Shown here piece after piece: positions 33,117-43,044 of a DNA stretch of 64,000 nucleotides. Each line of letters starts with the position of its first letter. Position 1 is the first letter of the stretch. The notes under the pieces are model-generated. The model saw only the letters and a list, made by a program, of their open reading frames with translations. It was not told where the DNA came from and ran no database searches. The position numbers were made by a program, and so were the translations under genes. Origin of the DNA: Myxococcales bacterium (GTDB taxonomy: Bacteria > Myxococcota_A > Polyangia > Polyangiales > DASUME01); NCBI GenBank assembly GCA_047601445.1, contig JASGJH010000001.1, forward strand, positions 6,528,001-6,592,000. The letters run 5' to 3'.

Positions 33117-33578
33117 GTGCTCTCATCGGTGGACTCAGGCCTCGTGAACGCTCTTGAAGTCCTATTCATCCTCTCCGCCCTCAACCCTTTCGGCGGAGCG
33201 TTTCTGGCGATCCCACTGGCGATCTTCAAGCTCGGCTGGTCGCCGTGGTTCGTCTGGTTCATCACGATCCCGCTGATTTATGCGCAGGTCATCGTGGTGG
33301 ACCTGCTCTGGGATCGCTTGCTCGCCTGGCCGCGCGCGGCGCGCTTCCTCGAGCAGCGCAAGAGCGAGAAACTCGAGCGCATCCTGGGCAGCAAGCATTC
33401 CGGCCTGTGGCTGTCCGTGTTCGGTGTGTGGGCAGGTTGCTGGTTGGTGATGGCCGCGGCGCGCTTCGCGGGTTACCGCCAGTCCAAGGTGGCGTTTCCG
33501 CTGTTGTTCGGCATCAGCTACCTGGTCGCGATCGCGGTCCTGATTTGTCTCTATGCGCCCGAGTGGCTGCCCAAGTGA
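33117..33578 (+). CDS. Small integral membrane protein (small multidrug export-like)
   Basis: Four hydrophobic segments; P..G..LAIP motif. Confidence 0.6.
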   Translation: MLSSVDSGLVNALEVLFILSALNPFGGAFLAIPLAIFKLGWSPWFVWFITIPLIYAQVIVVDLLWDRLLAWPRAARFLEQRKSEKLERILGSKHSGLWLSVFGVWAGCWLVMAAARFAGYRQSKVAFPLLFGISYLVAIAVLICLYAPEWLPK

Positions 33579-33648
33579 GCGTGTGACCCGCGCTTGATCG
33601 GGGCGGCCACGCTTGCCGAGGGCGCGAGCAGCGCGCAGTCTTCGTCGC

Positions 33649-34332
33649 GTGACCGAGGCACCCGAGCTCGTCCTGAGACCCGCCGCCACCGTCGTCCTGC
33701 TCCGTGAGGCTCCGTGCGGCTTCGAAGTGCTGATGATGAAGCGCGGAGCGCAGCTCGCGTTCCACGGTGGTGCCTGGGTGTTTCCGGGCGGTCGGGTCGA
33801 CCCAATCGATGAGGAAGCTGGCGACCTGGTGGCGTCGGCTCAGCGCGCGGCCGTGCGCGAAACGCGTGAGGAGTCGGGTCTCACGTTGCAACCCGAGGCG
33901 CTCGTACCCTTCTCGCACTGGACCACTCCGCACGGACTGCCACGGCGCTTCGCGACCTGGTTCTTCGTGGCGGCACTCGACGCAGATCGCGCCGATCTCG
34001 AAGTGCGCGTGGATGGTAGCGAGATCCACGCCTACCGCTGGCTCTCACCCGGAGACGCCCTGGCGCTGCAGCGTGCGCAGAGCATGGAGCTGCCGCCGCC
34101 CACCTTCGTGACCCTGACCGCGCTGGCCAGGTTCGATCGCATCGCTGACGTGCTCGACCACGCGCGCCGCACGCCGCCTGGCGTGTTCGTGCCGCGGCCC
34201 CAGGCCCACGCCATGGGCATCGTCTCGCTCTACGCGGGCGACTCCGCCTATCCGGACGGCGACCTGGAGCGGGCCGGTCCACGCCATCGCTTGTGTATGT
34301 TCCGCGACGGCTGGCGTTACGAGCTCGGCTGA
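33649..34332 (+). CDS. NUDIX hydrolase (NUDT19-like)
   Basis: PAATVVLLR, VFPGG, AAVRETREESG and W.TP....RRF.T.FF motifs. Confidence 0.9.
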   Translation: MTEAPELVLRPAATVVLLREAPCGFEVLMMKRGAQLAFHGGAWVFPGGRVDPIDEEAGDLVASAQRAAVRETREESGLTLQPEALVPFSHWTTPHGLPRRFATWFFVAALDADRADLEVRVDGSEIHAYRWLSPGDALALQRAQSMELPPPTFVTLTALARFDRIADVLDHARRTPPGVFVPRPQAHAMGIVSLYAGDSAYPDGDLERAGPRHRLCMFRDGWRYELG

Positions 34333-34405
34333 GGCTCAGGGATCCTCGGAAGCGGAGGGGCGCGTGGCCTCCCCGTGACAGCAGCAAGCGCGCTATCGTG
34401 GAGGG

Positions 34406-34978
34406 GTGGCGGGCCAAGAGGAGCCGAAATCGTTACCTCCCGTGTTGACCGAGGAGGAGCGAGCCTACCGGGCGTCCCTGGAGAAGCTAGTCGATTGGTA
34501 TCGACTCCGACAATCCCGTGCGCTCGCCCGGGCCTTCTTGCCTGGATTGCTCCTGTTGCCGCTCGGCAGCCTCATCGTGGCCGTTTCGATGGCGCAGCTG
34601 AAGTTGCCCGAGATCCTGCGCCCCGTGTTGACGGTGCTCGGCGTGCTGGTCACAGCGAGTGGTCCACTGTGGGCCATCTGGCAGCTCTATCGCGCCATCC
34701 GCGGCGACCTGTACCTCGCCATCCGCGTCGATGGCCTGGTCCTGCGGCTCGATCCGAACCGAGAGGAGCGGGTCTACGCCTGGGAATCCCTGGAGGAAAT
34801 TCGCCACGAGGCCGGCGCCGCGGTGCTGCGGCTGGAACTCCAGGACGGCTCCGTCTTGAGCGTCGCGGGGCCTTTCGAAGGGATTTCGCTCGCGGATTTG
34901 GCGAGTCGCATTCGAGACGCGCGCCGGCTGGCTGTGTGGAATCGCCTGGTTCCGCGCTACCCTCCCATGGAGGAGTGA
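34406..34978 (+). CDS. Hypothetical membrane protein
   Basis: GGAGG RBS, two TM helices followed by a PH-like beta region. Confidence 0.65.
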   Translation: MAGQEEPKSLPPVLTEEERAYRASLEKLVDWYRLRQSRALARAFLPGLLLLPLGSLIVAVSMAQLKLPEILRPVLTVLGVLVTASGPLWAIWQLYRAIRGDLYLAIRVDGLVLRLDPNREERVYAWESLEEIRHEAGAAVLRLELQDGSVLSVAGPFEGISLADLASRIRDARRLAVWNRLVPRYPPMEE

Positions 34979-35019
34979 AGCAATTCGGCGGGTGGGCACG
35001 TCGTAGGAGCTGGTAGATC

Positions 35020-35379
35020 ATGAGAGACATGACCATCTTGCGTAGGTTGGTGGTCGCGCTGCTTGCCCTGGGATGGAGCGCGGCGGGCCACGCCGAGGAT
35101 AAGCCCAAGCCCAAGCCGCGTCCCAGGGAGGCCGCGGGCATCGAGCATTGCGCCGTGGCCACCGGGAGCGTGCGCATGGAGGCCTACGGCTACATGCACG
35201 TCGTCACGCTGCGCAACGGTTGTGACCGGCCCGTCACCTGCGAGGTGTGGACGGACGTCGATCCGGCGCCCCGCTACACGCTGCATGCCGCGCCCGGCGC
35301 GGTGGAAGAAGTCATCACGCGGCGTGGTTCACCCGCGCGAGAGGTCAGTGCGGAAGCGAGCTGCCACTACGACTCGTGA
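35020..35379 (+). CDS. Small secreted Cys-containing protein
   Basis: AGGAG RBS, signal peptide (AGHA-E), four Cys. Confidence 0.7.
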   Translation: MRDMTILRRLVVALLALGWSAAGHAEDKPKPKPRPREAAGIEHCAVATGSVRMEAYGYMHVVTLRNGCDRPVTCEVWTDVDPAPRYTLHAAPGAVEEVITRRGSPAREVSAEASCHYDS

Positions 35380-35505
35380 GGCGGTGCCACGAAGGGCAGC
35401 TTTCGTGTGCTGTGGCGATTTTGATGTGACGAGCCGAGGTCGGCGCACGGATTGGCCGGGTCTCGGACGCTTATAGTAGATTGAATGACAACCATCGGAG
35501 GAGAC

Positions 35506-36123
35506 ATGGGGAACAGGCTGAGCCAAACGGCGCTTGTGTTGGCGGCTTCTGGGGCGATCGTGCTGTCGGCTTCGGGCTGCAGCCACACTCCGAAAGCGGT
35601 ACGCGGCTCCGACACGCCAGGCCTCGATTACTCGGCCATGGGCACCGGACTGGATCGTCGTGACCTCTCCCAGATGCTGCGCGAGAACATGCAGGCCATG
35701 AAGACGTCGCGCGTGTTCCAGGTGTGGGCCTCTGAAGATTGGCCGCCCGTCAGCGTGCTGCCGATCCGCAATGAGACCAGCGAGCACATCGATAGCGCCC
35801 TCGGCGCGTTGATCTCCGAGGTCGAGACCGAGCTCGTCAACCAGGCGCCCGTGCGGGTGATCAGCCTCGAAAACCAGAAGTCGCTCATGGAGGAGATTCA
35901 GCGCCAGCAAAACAGCCAGGGCGCCTTCGATGCTTCTCAGGTGGCCAGCTGGGGCAAGCAGCTCGGTGCGCGCTACGTGATTACCGGCAAGGTGTTCTCC
36001 ACCGACGAGCGCGCGCCTAACGCGCACCGCGTGCAGTACTACCTGTTCATGCGGGTGATCTCCGTGGAGACCAGCGAAGTGATGTTCCAGAACCAAGCTG
36101 CGGTCACCAAGGCCATCCTCTGA
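35506..36123 (+). CDS. LpoB family outer-membrane lipoprotein
   Basis: GGAGGAG RBS, lipobox ASGC, IRNETSEHID, GKQLGA.Y.ITG and YYLFM motifs. Confidence 0.8.
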   Translation: MGNRLSQTALVLAASGAIVLSASGCSHTPKAVRGSDTPGLDYSAMGTGLDRRDLSQMLRENMQAMKTSRVFQVWASEDWPPVSVLPIRNETSEHIDSALGALISEVETELVNQAPVRVISLENQKSLMEEIQRQQNSQGAFDASQVASWGKQLGARYVITGKVFSTDERAPNAHRVQYYLFMRVISVETSEVMFQNQAAVTKAIL

Positions 36124-36126
36124 TCC

Positions 36127-37636
36127 ATGCCGCCGGCAGTCGTTATCGGTTCTTTCAACGGGGAGGGCACGCGCCCTCCCCGCCCGTCGCGGCAAAGCCG
36201 CGCCGGGGCCCACCCCACCGCGAGGTTCGCTTCGCTCGCGGCGCACTGCGATGTCACGGAAGAGGTCACGCGACCTGCCCGCCCGTCGCGGCTCAGCTTG
36301 TGCGTGGCCTTGGGTATGCTCGCGCTCGGGGCGGGTTGCGCGGGTCACGCCGACCGCACCAAGGCAGCGCGTAGCGCACTCGACGCGCATCATCCGCAGC
36401 AGGCGCTCGCGCTGTACAACGATGCGCTCGAAGTGAAGACCGGAGCGGAGTTGCCCAAGAAGGTCGAGGGCGACAACGCTCTGCTCCTGCTGGACCGCTC
36501 CAGCATCTCGCAGCAACTCCAGAAGTACGAGGACAGCAGCCGCGATTCTGGAGGTCGCCGACAAACAGGTCGAGATGCTCGACTTCAGGCGCTCCACGGC
36601 CCACGAGATCGGACGCTACTTGTTCTCGGACGACGTCGGCCCCTACAAGGCGCGGCCCTACGAGAAGCTGCTGGTCAACACCCTCAACATGCTCAACTAC
36701 CTGGCGCGCGGACAGCTCAACGGCGCCAAGGTCGAGGCTCGGCGGCTCGCCGTGATGCAGAAGTACCTGGGGCAGGTGGAGGACGAGCCCACGGCCCCAC
36801 TACTCGGGCCGGGCAGCTACTTGGCGGGCTTCGTGTTCGAGATGGCCGGCGAGTACGACGAAGCGCTGCGCTACTACGACGAGGCGCTCAAGGCCGCGGA
36901 CTACCCATCGCTGGCAGCGCCCATCAAGCGCCTCTTCGATCGCACGGGCTATCGTTCACCCAAGCTCGAGCAGCTGGCTGCGTTGGCCCCCGCGGACGAC
37001 CTCCAGGGCCCCAGCGGAGATCTGCTCGTGGTCGTCAACTACGGGCGCGTGCCGGCCTTGCACGCGGAGCGTGTGCCCATCGGACTCGCGCTCACCTACG
37101 CCTCGCTGTTCATGGATCCGGCGGGTTTTCAGGCGGCGCGTCGGCTGGCAGGGCAAGGGCTGGTCACCTGGGTGAACTATCCCGAGCTCGATCCTTCGCC
37201 GCGTTCCTACCCCGCGCCTCAGGTCAGCGTCGACGGTCGCGCGGCGCCAGTGGACACGCTGACGCCGGTGGATTCCCTGGTGCGTGCAGCCTACGAGAAA
37301 GCCAAGGGCCCCATCTTCGCGTCGGCGCTGACGCGGCTCGTCGCGCGCGGTGCCATCGGTGCGGGTGCGGGCGTGGCCTCGGGGCGCGGTAGCGGCTCGT
37401 CTGTGGTCGGCATGTTGGTGGCACTCGGGACCCAGGCTGTGCTGACTGCGGCAGATACGCCCGACACACGTTCGTGGGCCACTTTGCCTGCGCGAATAGG
37501 CATCGTTCGTGTGCGTCTTGCAGCAGGCAGTCACACTGTGCGGGTGGCCGCTCAGGGAGTCGCACGGGATGTCACGGTGAACATCCCGGACAACGGCTTC
37601 CAAGTGGTGAACCTCACGGAGCTCAGCCAGTATTAA
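36127..37636 (+). CDS. COG3014-type TPR lipoprotein (1-bp frameshift at about 36546; start uncertain)
   Basis: Lipobox GAGC, Y...PYE.LLVN, A.VE.RR and DTRSW.TLP motifs. Removing one T from GATTCTG joins ORFs 36127 and 36575. Confidence 0.8.
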
Positions 37637-37653
37637 CGAATCGAGGAGGCAGC

Positions 37654-38376
37654 ATGAATCCAGGTTTTCGCACGGTCACGCGACTCGCCTCCGTGCTTTG
37701 CCTCTTGAGCGGACTTTGGCTCGCCGGCTCGGCTCGAGCAGACGTGCCACCGGACACCGTCACCGAGGTCGATCCCATCGACATCCCGCCCGAGCATGAC
37801 CCGCTGGCCCACGCGTTTCGCCGGCTAGACGACCGCGGCGGCTTCTACCTCCGGCTCTCCACGAACATCGGCTACCACAGCACGCGGCTGGGATCCGGAC
37901 CTGGCGATGCCGGGCCGTCGGAGCGCGCGCGCGGCTTCGGCACGGCGTTCGGCGTGGACCTCGGCGGCTTCGTGCAGCCCTGGCTGGCGCTGCACCTGGA
38001 TTCCACGCTCGGTATCCTGTGGAACGGCGACATCGATCGCGATCTGGCCATCGACGAGGGGCTGGACAACAGCGTGCGCATTCTGGCCTATGGCGTGGCG
38101 CCGGCGCTCACCTTCTTCTTGCCGCACACCTTCTTCATCAAGACGGCGTTCGGCGTGGGCATGGCGACCATCAAGCGAGTGGGCCGCACCAACAACACCA
38201 ACCCTGGCTTCTACATGGACCTGGTGCTGGGCAAGGACCTGTACGTCGACGATCATTTCTCGTTCGGCCTGCAGATGCAGATCATCTACATGCGACTCGG
38301 CGCCGACAGCCGCATCAACGAGGCCCGCGTGCAGCAGTATCTGTGGGGCGTGAGCTTCGGCTTCGACAGCCTCTGA
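37654..38376 (+). CDS. Outer-membrane beta-barrel protein
   Basis: GAGGAGG RBS, signal peptide (ARA-D), alternating amphipathic strands ending WGVSFGF. Confidence 0.7.
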   Translation: MNPGFRTVTRLASVLCLLSGLWLAGSARADVPPDTVTEVDPIDIPPEHDPLAHAFRRLDDRGGFYLRLSTNIGYHSTRLGSGPGDAGPSERARGFGTAFGVDLGGFVQPWLALHLDSTLGILWNGDIDRDLAIDEGLDNSVRILAYGVAPALTFFLPHTFFIKTAFGVGMATIKRVGRTNNTNPGFYMDLVLGKDLYVDDHFSFGLQMQIIYMRLGADSRINEARVQQYLWGVSFGFDSL

Positions 38377-38395
38377 GCGCCCAGGGGGTGTCCCC

Positions 38396-39271
38396 CTACT
38401 TCTGACAGTGCGGGCAGTAGTGCGTGGAGCGCTGCCCGAGCACGATGCGCTTGATGCTCGTGTGGCACACGGAGCAGGGCTCACCGGTGCGGGAGTACAC
38501 CTTGCGCTCGTTTTGGTAGGCGCCGTCGCTGCCGTCGGGTTGCACGTAGTCGCTGATGCTGGAGCCGCCCGTCTCGATGGAGCGCAAGAGCACCTGGCGC
38601 ACGCTGTCGGCGAGCTTGTCGCACTCGAGCCTGGTCAGGCTGCGCGCGGCGCGACCAGGCCGAATGCCGGCCCGAAATAGCGCCTCGTCCGCGTAGATGT
38701 TGCCGACCCCCGCCAGGGCTTCCTGATCGAGCAACAAGGTCTTGATGGCTGTCTTGCGCTTGCGCGACACCTCGTACAGCCGCTCGCCCGTGGCGCCGAG
38801 CGCGTCGGGGCCGAGCTTGTCGAGGCGCGGGTCCTTGGCCTGCGGGGCGAGCCAGCGCACCTTGCCGAACTTGCGTACGTCGCGGAACAACACGGCTTCG
38901 CCGCCATCCTCGAAGCGCAGCACCAGGTGCGTGTGGGGGTCGGGCTTGAAGCTCCCCTGATCGTTCGGGTCGAGGGCTCCGGTCCCCGTGGTGCGCAACA
39001 GGCGCACGCTGCGCGCAGAGGCCGTGAACAGTTGGCCCGTCATCCCCAGGTGGAGCAACAGCCGCGTGCGGTCGTCGAACGATGCCAACAGGTACTTGCC
39101 CAGGCGTTCCAGCCCCACCACGCGGCGGCCCACGAGCTTGCGCGCGAGCTCCTTGGGCGGCGTGAGAAAGAAGTAGCTAGCCTTGGTGGTGACCACCTCG
39201 GAGATGGTGCGCCCCACCAGCTTGGGCTCGATGCGCCTGCGCGTGACCTCGACCTCGGGGAGCTCAGGCAT
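38396..39271 (-). CDS. mutM: Formamidopyrimidine-DNA glycosylase
   Basis: MPELPEVE, HLGMTG, D.RKFG, GVGNIYADE and a C-terminal zinc finger. Confidence 0.98.
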   Translation of the reverse strand: MPELPEVEVTRRRIEPKLVGRTISEVVTTKASYFFLTPPKELARKLVGRRVVGLERLGKYLLASFDDRTRLLLHLGMTGQLFTASARSVRLLRTTGTGALDPNDQGSFKPDPHTHLVLRFEDGGEAVLFRDVRKFGKVRWLAPQAKDPRLDKLGPDALGATGERLYEVSRKRKTAIKTLLLDQEALAGVGNIYADEALFRAGIRPGRAARSLTRLECDKLADSVRQVLLRSIETGGSSISDYVQPDGSDGAYQNERKVYSRTGEPCSVCHTSIKRIVLGQRSTHYCPHCQK

Positions 39272-40148
39272 GGTCGCTCGAGGCCGCCGCTGGCGCCTCG
39301 CCGCTCGGCGGGGCCGCGTCGCGTGCGGTGGGCGGGTCGCCCTTGAAACCGAGCTGCTGCAGATACGTATGGTCGAGTCGACTCCTGGAGCGCGCGAACT
39401 GACTGCGCGCCAACAGCGCCAGCCCGCGCGTCACGGCCCACGCGCGCCGCATCCCCGAGGGCCGTTCTTCGGGCACGAAGCCCAGGGCCTGACCCTGGCG
39501 CCACACCCGCTCCTGCACGTGCTTCACGAACGCGTCGAGCTGCGCGAGCACCGGGTGATCGGGCGCGCGTTGCTTGAGGTTCTTCACCGCGAAGGGCACC
39601 AAGAACAGCTGGAGCTCGAGCAGGCCATAGAACGCCTGCTTGAGCCCGGGTTGCTCCGCGAGCACACGCCGGGTCTCCTTCTCGCCCCAGGCCACGTGCT
39701 CTTCTTCTTCTTTGCAGATCACGCGCAGCTTCTTCTGGATGCCCGGCACCCGTGGGTCGCCTTCTGGCAGCGTCTGCAGCAGCACGTCGCGAAAGATGTC
39801 GAGCACCATGCCCTCGCCGAGGGCGTGCTCCATCAGCACCTTGAGCGGATAGTAGTCGTTGTGGGCCGACAGCACGCGGATCACCCAGTGCGCGGTTTCC
39901 GGCTCGAGTTCGAGGGCGCGGAACATCTCGGCGAACAGGGTCAGGTGGTTGAGCTCCTGGCGCGCCTGGCGCACGTAGAAGTGCGCAGCCTCGAGGGTCT
40001 GTGCGGCATACAACGAACGCCCGCAGTACACGCCCGTGGCCTCGCCGTACAGTGCCTGGGACAAGATGAAGCGCAAGACGTCTCGGTCGCGGGGACTCTC
40101 GAGATCGAAGCGGGCCTCACCGAAGTCGAATCCTGGAGCCTCCTGCAT
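39264..40148 (-). CDS. Ferritin-like diiron protein
   Basis: E / ExxH / E / ExxH pattern (GEATG, QELNH, GEGMV, EEEH). Confidence 0.75.
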   Translation of the reverse strand: MQEAPGFDFGEARFDLESPRDRDVLRFILSQALYGEATGVYCGRSLYAAQTLEAAHFYVRQARQELNHLTLFAEMFRALELEPETAHWVIRVLSAHNDYYPLKVLMEHALGEGMVLDIFRDVLLQTLPEGDPRVPGIQKKLRVICKEEEEHVAWGEKETRRVLAEQPGLKQAFYGLLELQLFLVPFAVKNLKQRAPDHPVLAQLDAFVKHVQERVWRQGQALGFVPEERPSGMRRAWAVTRGLALLARSQFARSRSRLDHTYLQQLGFKGDPPTARDAAPPSGEAPAAASSDHA

Positions 40149-40194
40149 GGCAACCAGCCTACCGCTTGGGCGCGGATTGGTCTAAGTCCGTCGC

Positions 40195-40851
40195 GTGAGC
40201 GAGTCTTCACAGCCTGAGCGCGTCCCCGAGCCACTCGACGAGGCGCTGCGGGCGCGAATCTTGGGCCACCTCGCGGCTCGCCGACGTACCTGTGTGGAGC
40301 TCAGCGCCGCCCATCAGCGCGCCGCCGCTGTGTGCGTCACTCTGGTGCCCGGTCCACGCGACGAAGCGAGCTTCTTGCTCACCCGGCGCCCCGGCGATTT
40401 GTCTCGTCACCCCGGCCAGTTCGCCTTGCCCGGCGGTCGGCTGGAGCCCGCTGAGACACCCGAACAAGCCGCGCGACGCGAGCTGGGCGAGGAGCTCGGC
40501 GTCACCCTGGAGGCGGACAGCGTGCTGGGCAGCCTGGACGACTTCACGACCCACAGCGGCTTCGTCATCACGCCCGTGGTGCTCTGGGGCCCTCTCGTGC
40601 GCACTCTGGCGCCCGACCCGCGTGAGGTGGCCATCGCCTACCGCATCCCGCTGCGCGAGCTGTACGGCGCCAATGTGCCGCGCTTCGAGACGGTAGCCGG
40701 TCTCGACGGACCGCTCATCTCCTTACCCCTGGTCGGCACGCACATCTACAGCCCCACGGCTGCCATCGTGTACCAGTTTCGCGAGGTGGCTTTGGAGGGG
40801 CGGGACGTCGCGGTCCAACACTTCGCCCAGCCGCGTTTCGCCTGGCGCTGA
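40195..40851 (+). CDS. CoA pyrophosphatase (NudL-like NUDIX)
   Basis: AAV, LLTRR...L..HPGQFALPGG, RELGEELG and F.ITPVV motifs. Confidence 0.9.
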   Translation: MSESSQPERVPEPLDEALRARILGHLAARRRTCVELSAAHQRAAAVCVTLVPGPRDEASFLLTRRPGDLSRHPGQFALPGGRLEPAETPEQAARRELGEELGVTLEADSVLGSLDDFTTHSGFVITPVVLWGPLVRTLAPDPREVAIAYRIPLRELYGANVPRFETVAGLDGPLISLPLVGTHIYSPTAAIVYQFREVALEGRDVAVQHFAQPRFAWR

Positions 40852-40957
40852 GTCGTACCGGGGCTCGTCCCGAATTCTTGCAGGCGACACGCGCCTTTCC
40901 GACGCTCCCGGGCCCGCTCGCCGCGAGGCGACCGGCCGTGCTAACAAAGGCCAGCGA

Positions 40958-42286
40958 ATGGCGCGGAAACCAGCGGGATTGAGCGGGTGGGGCCGGACCT
41001 TCTTGCCGGGTGAGGAGAAGCGTTCGGAGCAGCTCATCGAGGTGACGGCCGGCTCCAGCCTCACGCGCGGACTCGGGCGCTCCTACGGTGACGCCTCGTT
41101 GCCCGCACCGGGTGTGCAGCAGGTGGCGGGCTCCACGCTGGCCGATCGCATCATTGGGTTCGACGAGAGCACCGGCGTGTTGCGCGCCGAGGCAGGCTTC
41201 GCGCTCTCGGAGCTCCTGCGCCTCTACTTGCCGCGCGGGTTTTTCACGCCGGTGACTCCAGGCACCAAGTTCGTCACGCTGGGAGGCATGGTGGCCTCCG
41301 ACGTGCACGGCAAGAACCACCACGTCGACGGTACCATCGGTCGCCACGTGCAGGGCTTCAAGCTGCAGCTCGCGGACGGCAGCGTGGTGCGTTGTTCGCG
41401 TGAACTCGAGCCGGAGCTCTTCCGGGCCACTCTCGGTGGCATGGGCCTCACGGGCCACATTCTCGAGGTCGATCTCAAGTTGGTGCGCGTGCCGTCGCCC
41501 TACATCGTGCGCGAGAGCACGCGGATTCCCAACCTGAGCGAGTTCCTGAGCGCGCTCAAGGAGTCCGGCAAGACCTGGCCCTTCACGGTGGGCTGGCTCG
41601 ACACCGCCGCGCGCGGTAGCGCCTTGGGCAGGGGCATTCTCTACGTCGGGCGCTGGGCCGAGCCCTCCGAGGCGCCGGCAACCTATCCCAAGCCCAAGTT
41701 CAGCATCGTGGCGCCGTTTCAGCCGCCGTCGGGCCTGCTCAACCGCACCACGGTGAGCCTGTTCAACAAGGTCGTGTACGGAAGCCACTTCCGCAAGCAC
41801 AAGGCCGACGTCTGCAGCGCCGACACCTTCTTCTACCCGCTCGATCGCGTGGTGCGCTGGAACATCCTCTACGGGCCACGCGGAGTGACCCAGCACCAGA
41901 GCGTGATTCCCGATGAAGCTGGGCCCGAGGCCATTCGTGGGCTGCTCGAGGTGCTCGAGCAGACGGGCGCTGTCTCCTTTCTCACCGTAATCAAGGATTG
42001 CGGCCCCGAGGGAGAAGGCGTCCTGTCGTTCCCGCGTCCAGGCATGTCGGTGGCGCTCGACATCCCGATCCGCGCCGACACCCAAGAAGTCATCGATCGA
42101 CTCAACGAGCACGTGATCCGTTGCGGTGGGCGCATCTATCTGGCCAAAGACGGCTTCACCAGAGCGGAGCATTTCCGCAGCATGGAGCCGCGTCTGCAGG
42201 AGTTCTTGGCCGAGAAGCGACGCTGGGATCCCGAGAGCAAACTACAGAGCGCGCAAAGTCGGCGGTTGTTCGGGGAAGAGGCATGA
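40958..42286 (+). CDS. DprE1-like FAD-dependent polyprenyl-phosphoribose oxidase
   Basis: RGLGRSYGD, VTPGTKFVTLGG..ASDVHGKNHH, GGMGLTG, FFYPLD, YG.RG..Q.Q, LSFP and YLAKD motifs. Confidence 0.9.
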   Translation: MARKPAGLSGWGRTFLPGEEKRSEQLIEVTAGSSLTRGLGRSYGDASLPAPGVQQVAGSTLADRIIGFDESTGVLRAEAGFALSELLRLYLPRGFFTPVTPGTKFVTLGGMVASDVHGKNHHVDGTIGRHVQGFKLQLADGSVVRCSRELEPELFRATLGGMGLTGHILEVDLKLVRVPSPYIVRESTRIPNLSEFLSALKESGKTWPFTVGWLDTAARGSALGRGILYVGRWAEPSEAPATYPKPKFSIVAPFQPPSGLLNRTTVSLFNKVVYGSHFRKHKADVCSADTFFYPLDRVVRWNILYGPRGVTQHQSVIPDEAGPEAIRGLLEVLEQTGAVSFLTVIKDCGPEGEGVLSFPRPGMSVALDIPIRADTQEVIDRLNEHVIRCGGRIYLAKDGFTRAEHFRSMEPRLQEFLAEKRRWDPESKLQSAQSRRLFGEEA

Positions 42287-43023
42287 GAGCTGTCGTATTG
42301 GGTGCGGGCAAGGGCATCGGGCGCGCCGTGGCCCGGCTGCTCGCGGAGCGCGGCGCCGAGCTGCACCTGCTCGGTCGGGACGTCGAGGATCTGGAGCGCA
42401 GCGCGCGCGACCTCGAGCAACGCGGCGGTGGCAAGCGTCCCGTGCTGACCAGCCACTGCGACCTCTCCGAACCCGGTGAGTTCGAGACCGCCCTGGCGGC
42501 CGCTGATCACGCCCTCTCGGGCTTCGACACCGTGATCGTCACCGCGGCCTTGTTCGGCACCCAAGCGCAGCTCGAGGAGGACACCGTCTTCGCGCAGCGC
42601 ATGTTGACCGTGAACTTCGCCAACACGGTGGCCTTCTGTGAGTACGCCCGCAAGCGCCTGCTCTCGCGGGGGGGCGGCACGTTGTGCGTGGTGAGCTCCG
42701 TGGCAGGTGAGCGCGGGCGCAAGCCGGTGGTGCTCTACGGCGCGAGCAAGGCGGGCCTCTCGGCTTACCTCGAGGGCCTCGACCACAAGTTCCGCAGCCA
42801 GGGCCTACGTACCATCTGTGTGAAGCCTGGCTTCGTGAAGACCGGCATGACGCAGGGCCTCAAGCCGCCACCCTTCGCCGGCACGCCAGAACAAGTTGCG
42901 CACGACATCGTGAAGGCCATGGATCGCGGCACGCCCGTGCTCTACACGCCGCGCATGTGGGCCCTGGTGATGTGGGTCATCCGCCTGCTGCCGCGCTTCG
43001 TCATGCGCCGCATTGGGTTCTAG
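42283..43023 (+). CDS. DprE2-like short-chain dehydrogenase
   Basis: ATGA coupling to the DprE1-like gene; VLGA..GIG, SSVAGERGR, YGASKAG and KPGFV.T.MT motifs. Confidence 0.88.
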   Translation: MRAVVLGAGKGIGRAVARLLAERGAELHLLGRDVEDLERSARDLEQRGGGKRPVLTSHCDLSEPGEFETALAAADHALSGFDTVIVTAALFGTQAQLEEDTVFAQRMLTVNFANTVAFCEYARKRLLSRGGGTLCVVSSVAGERGRKPVVLYGASKAGLSAYLEGLDHKFRSQGLRTICVKPGFVKTGMTQGLKPPPFAGTPEQVAHDIVKAMDRGTPVLYTPRMWALVMWVIRLLPRFVMRRIGF

Positions 43024-43044
43024 ACAGAGAGAGCTCTCGCGCCC

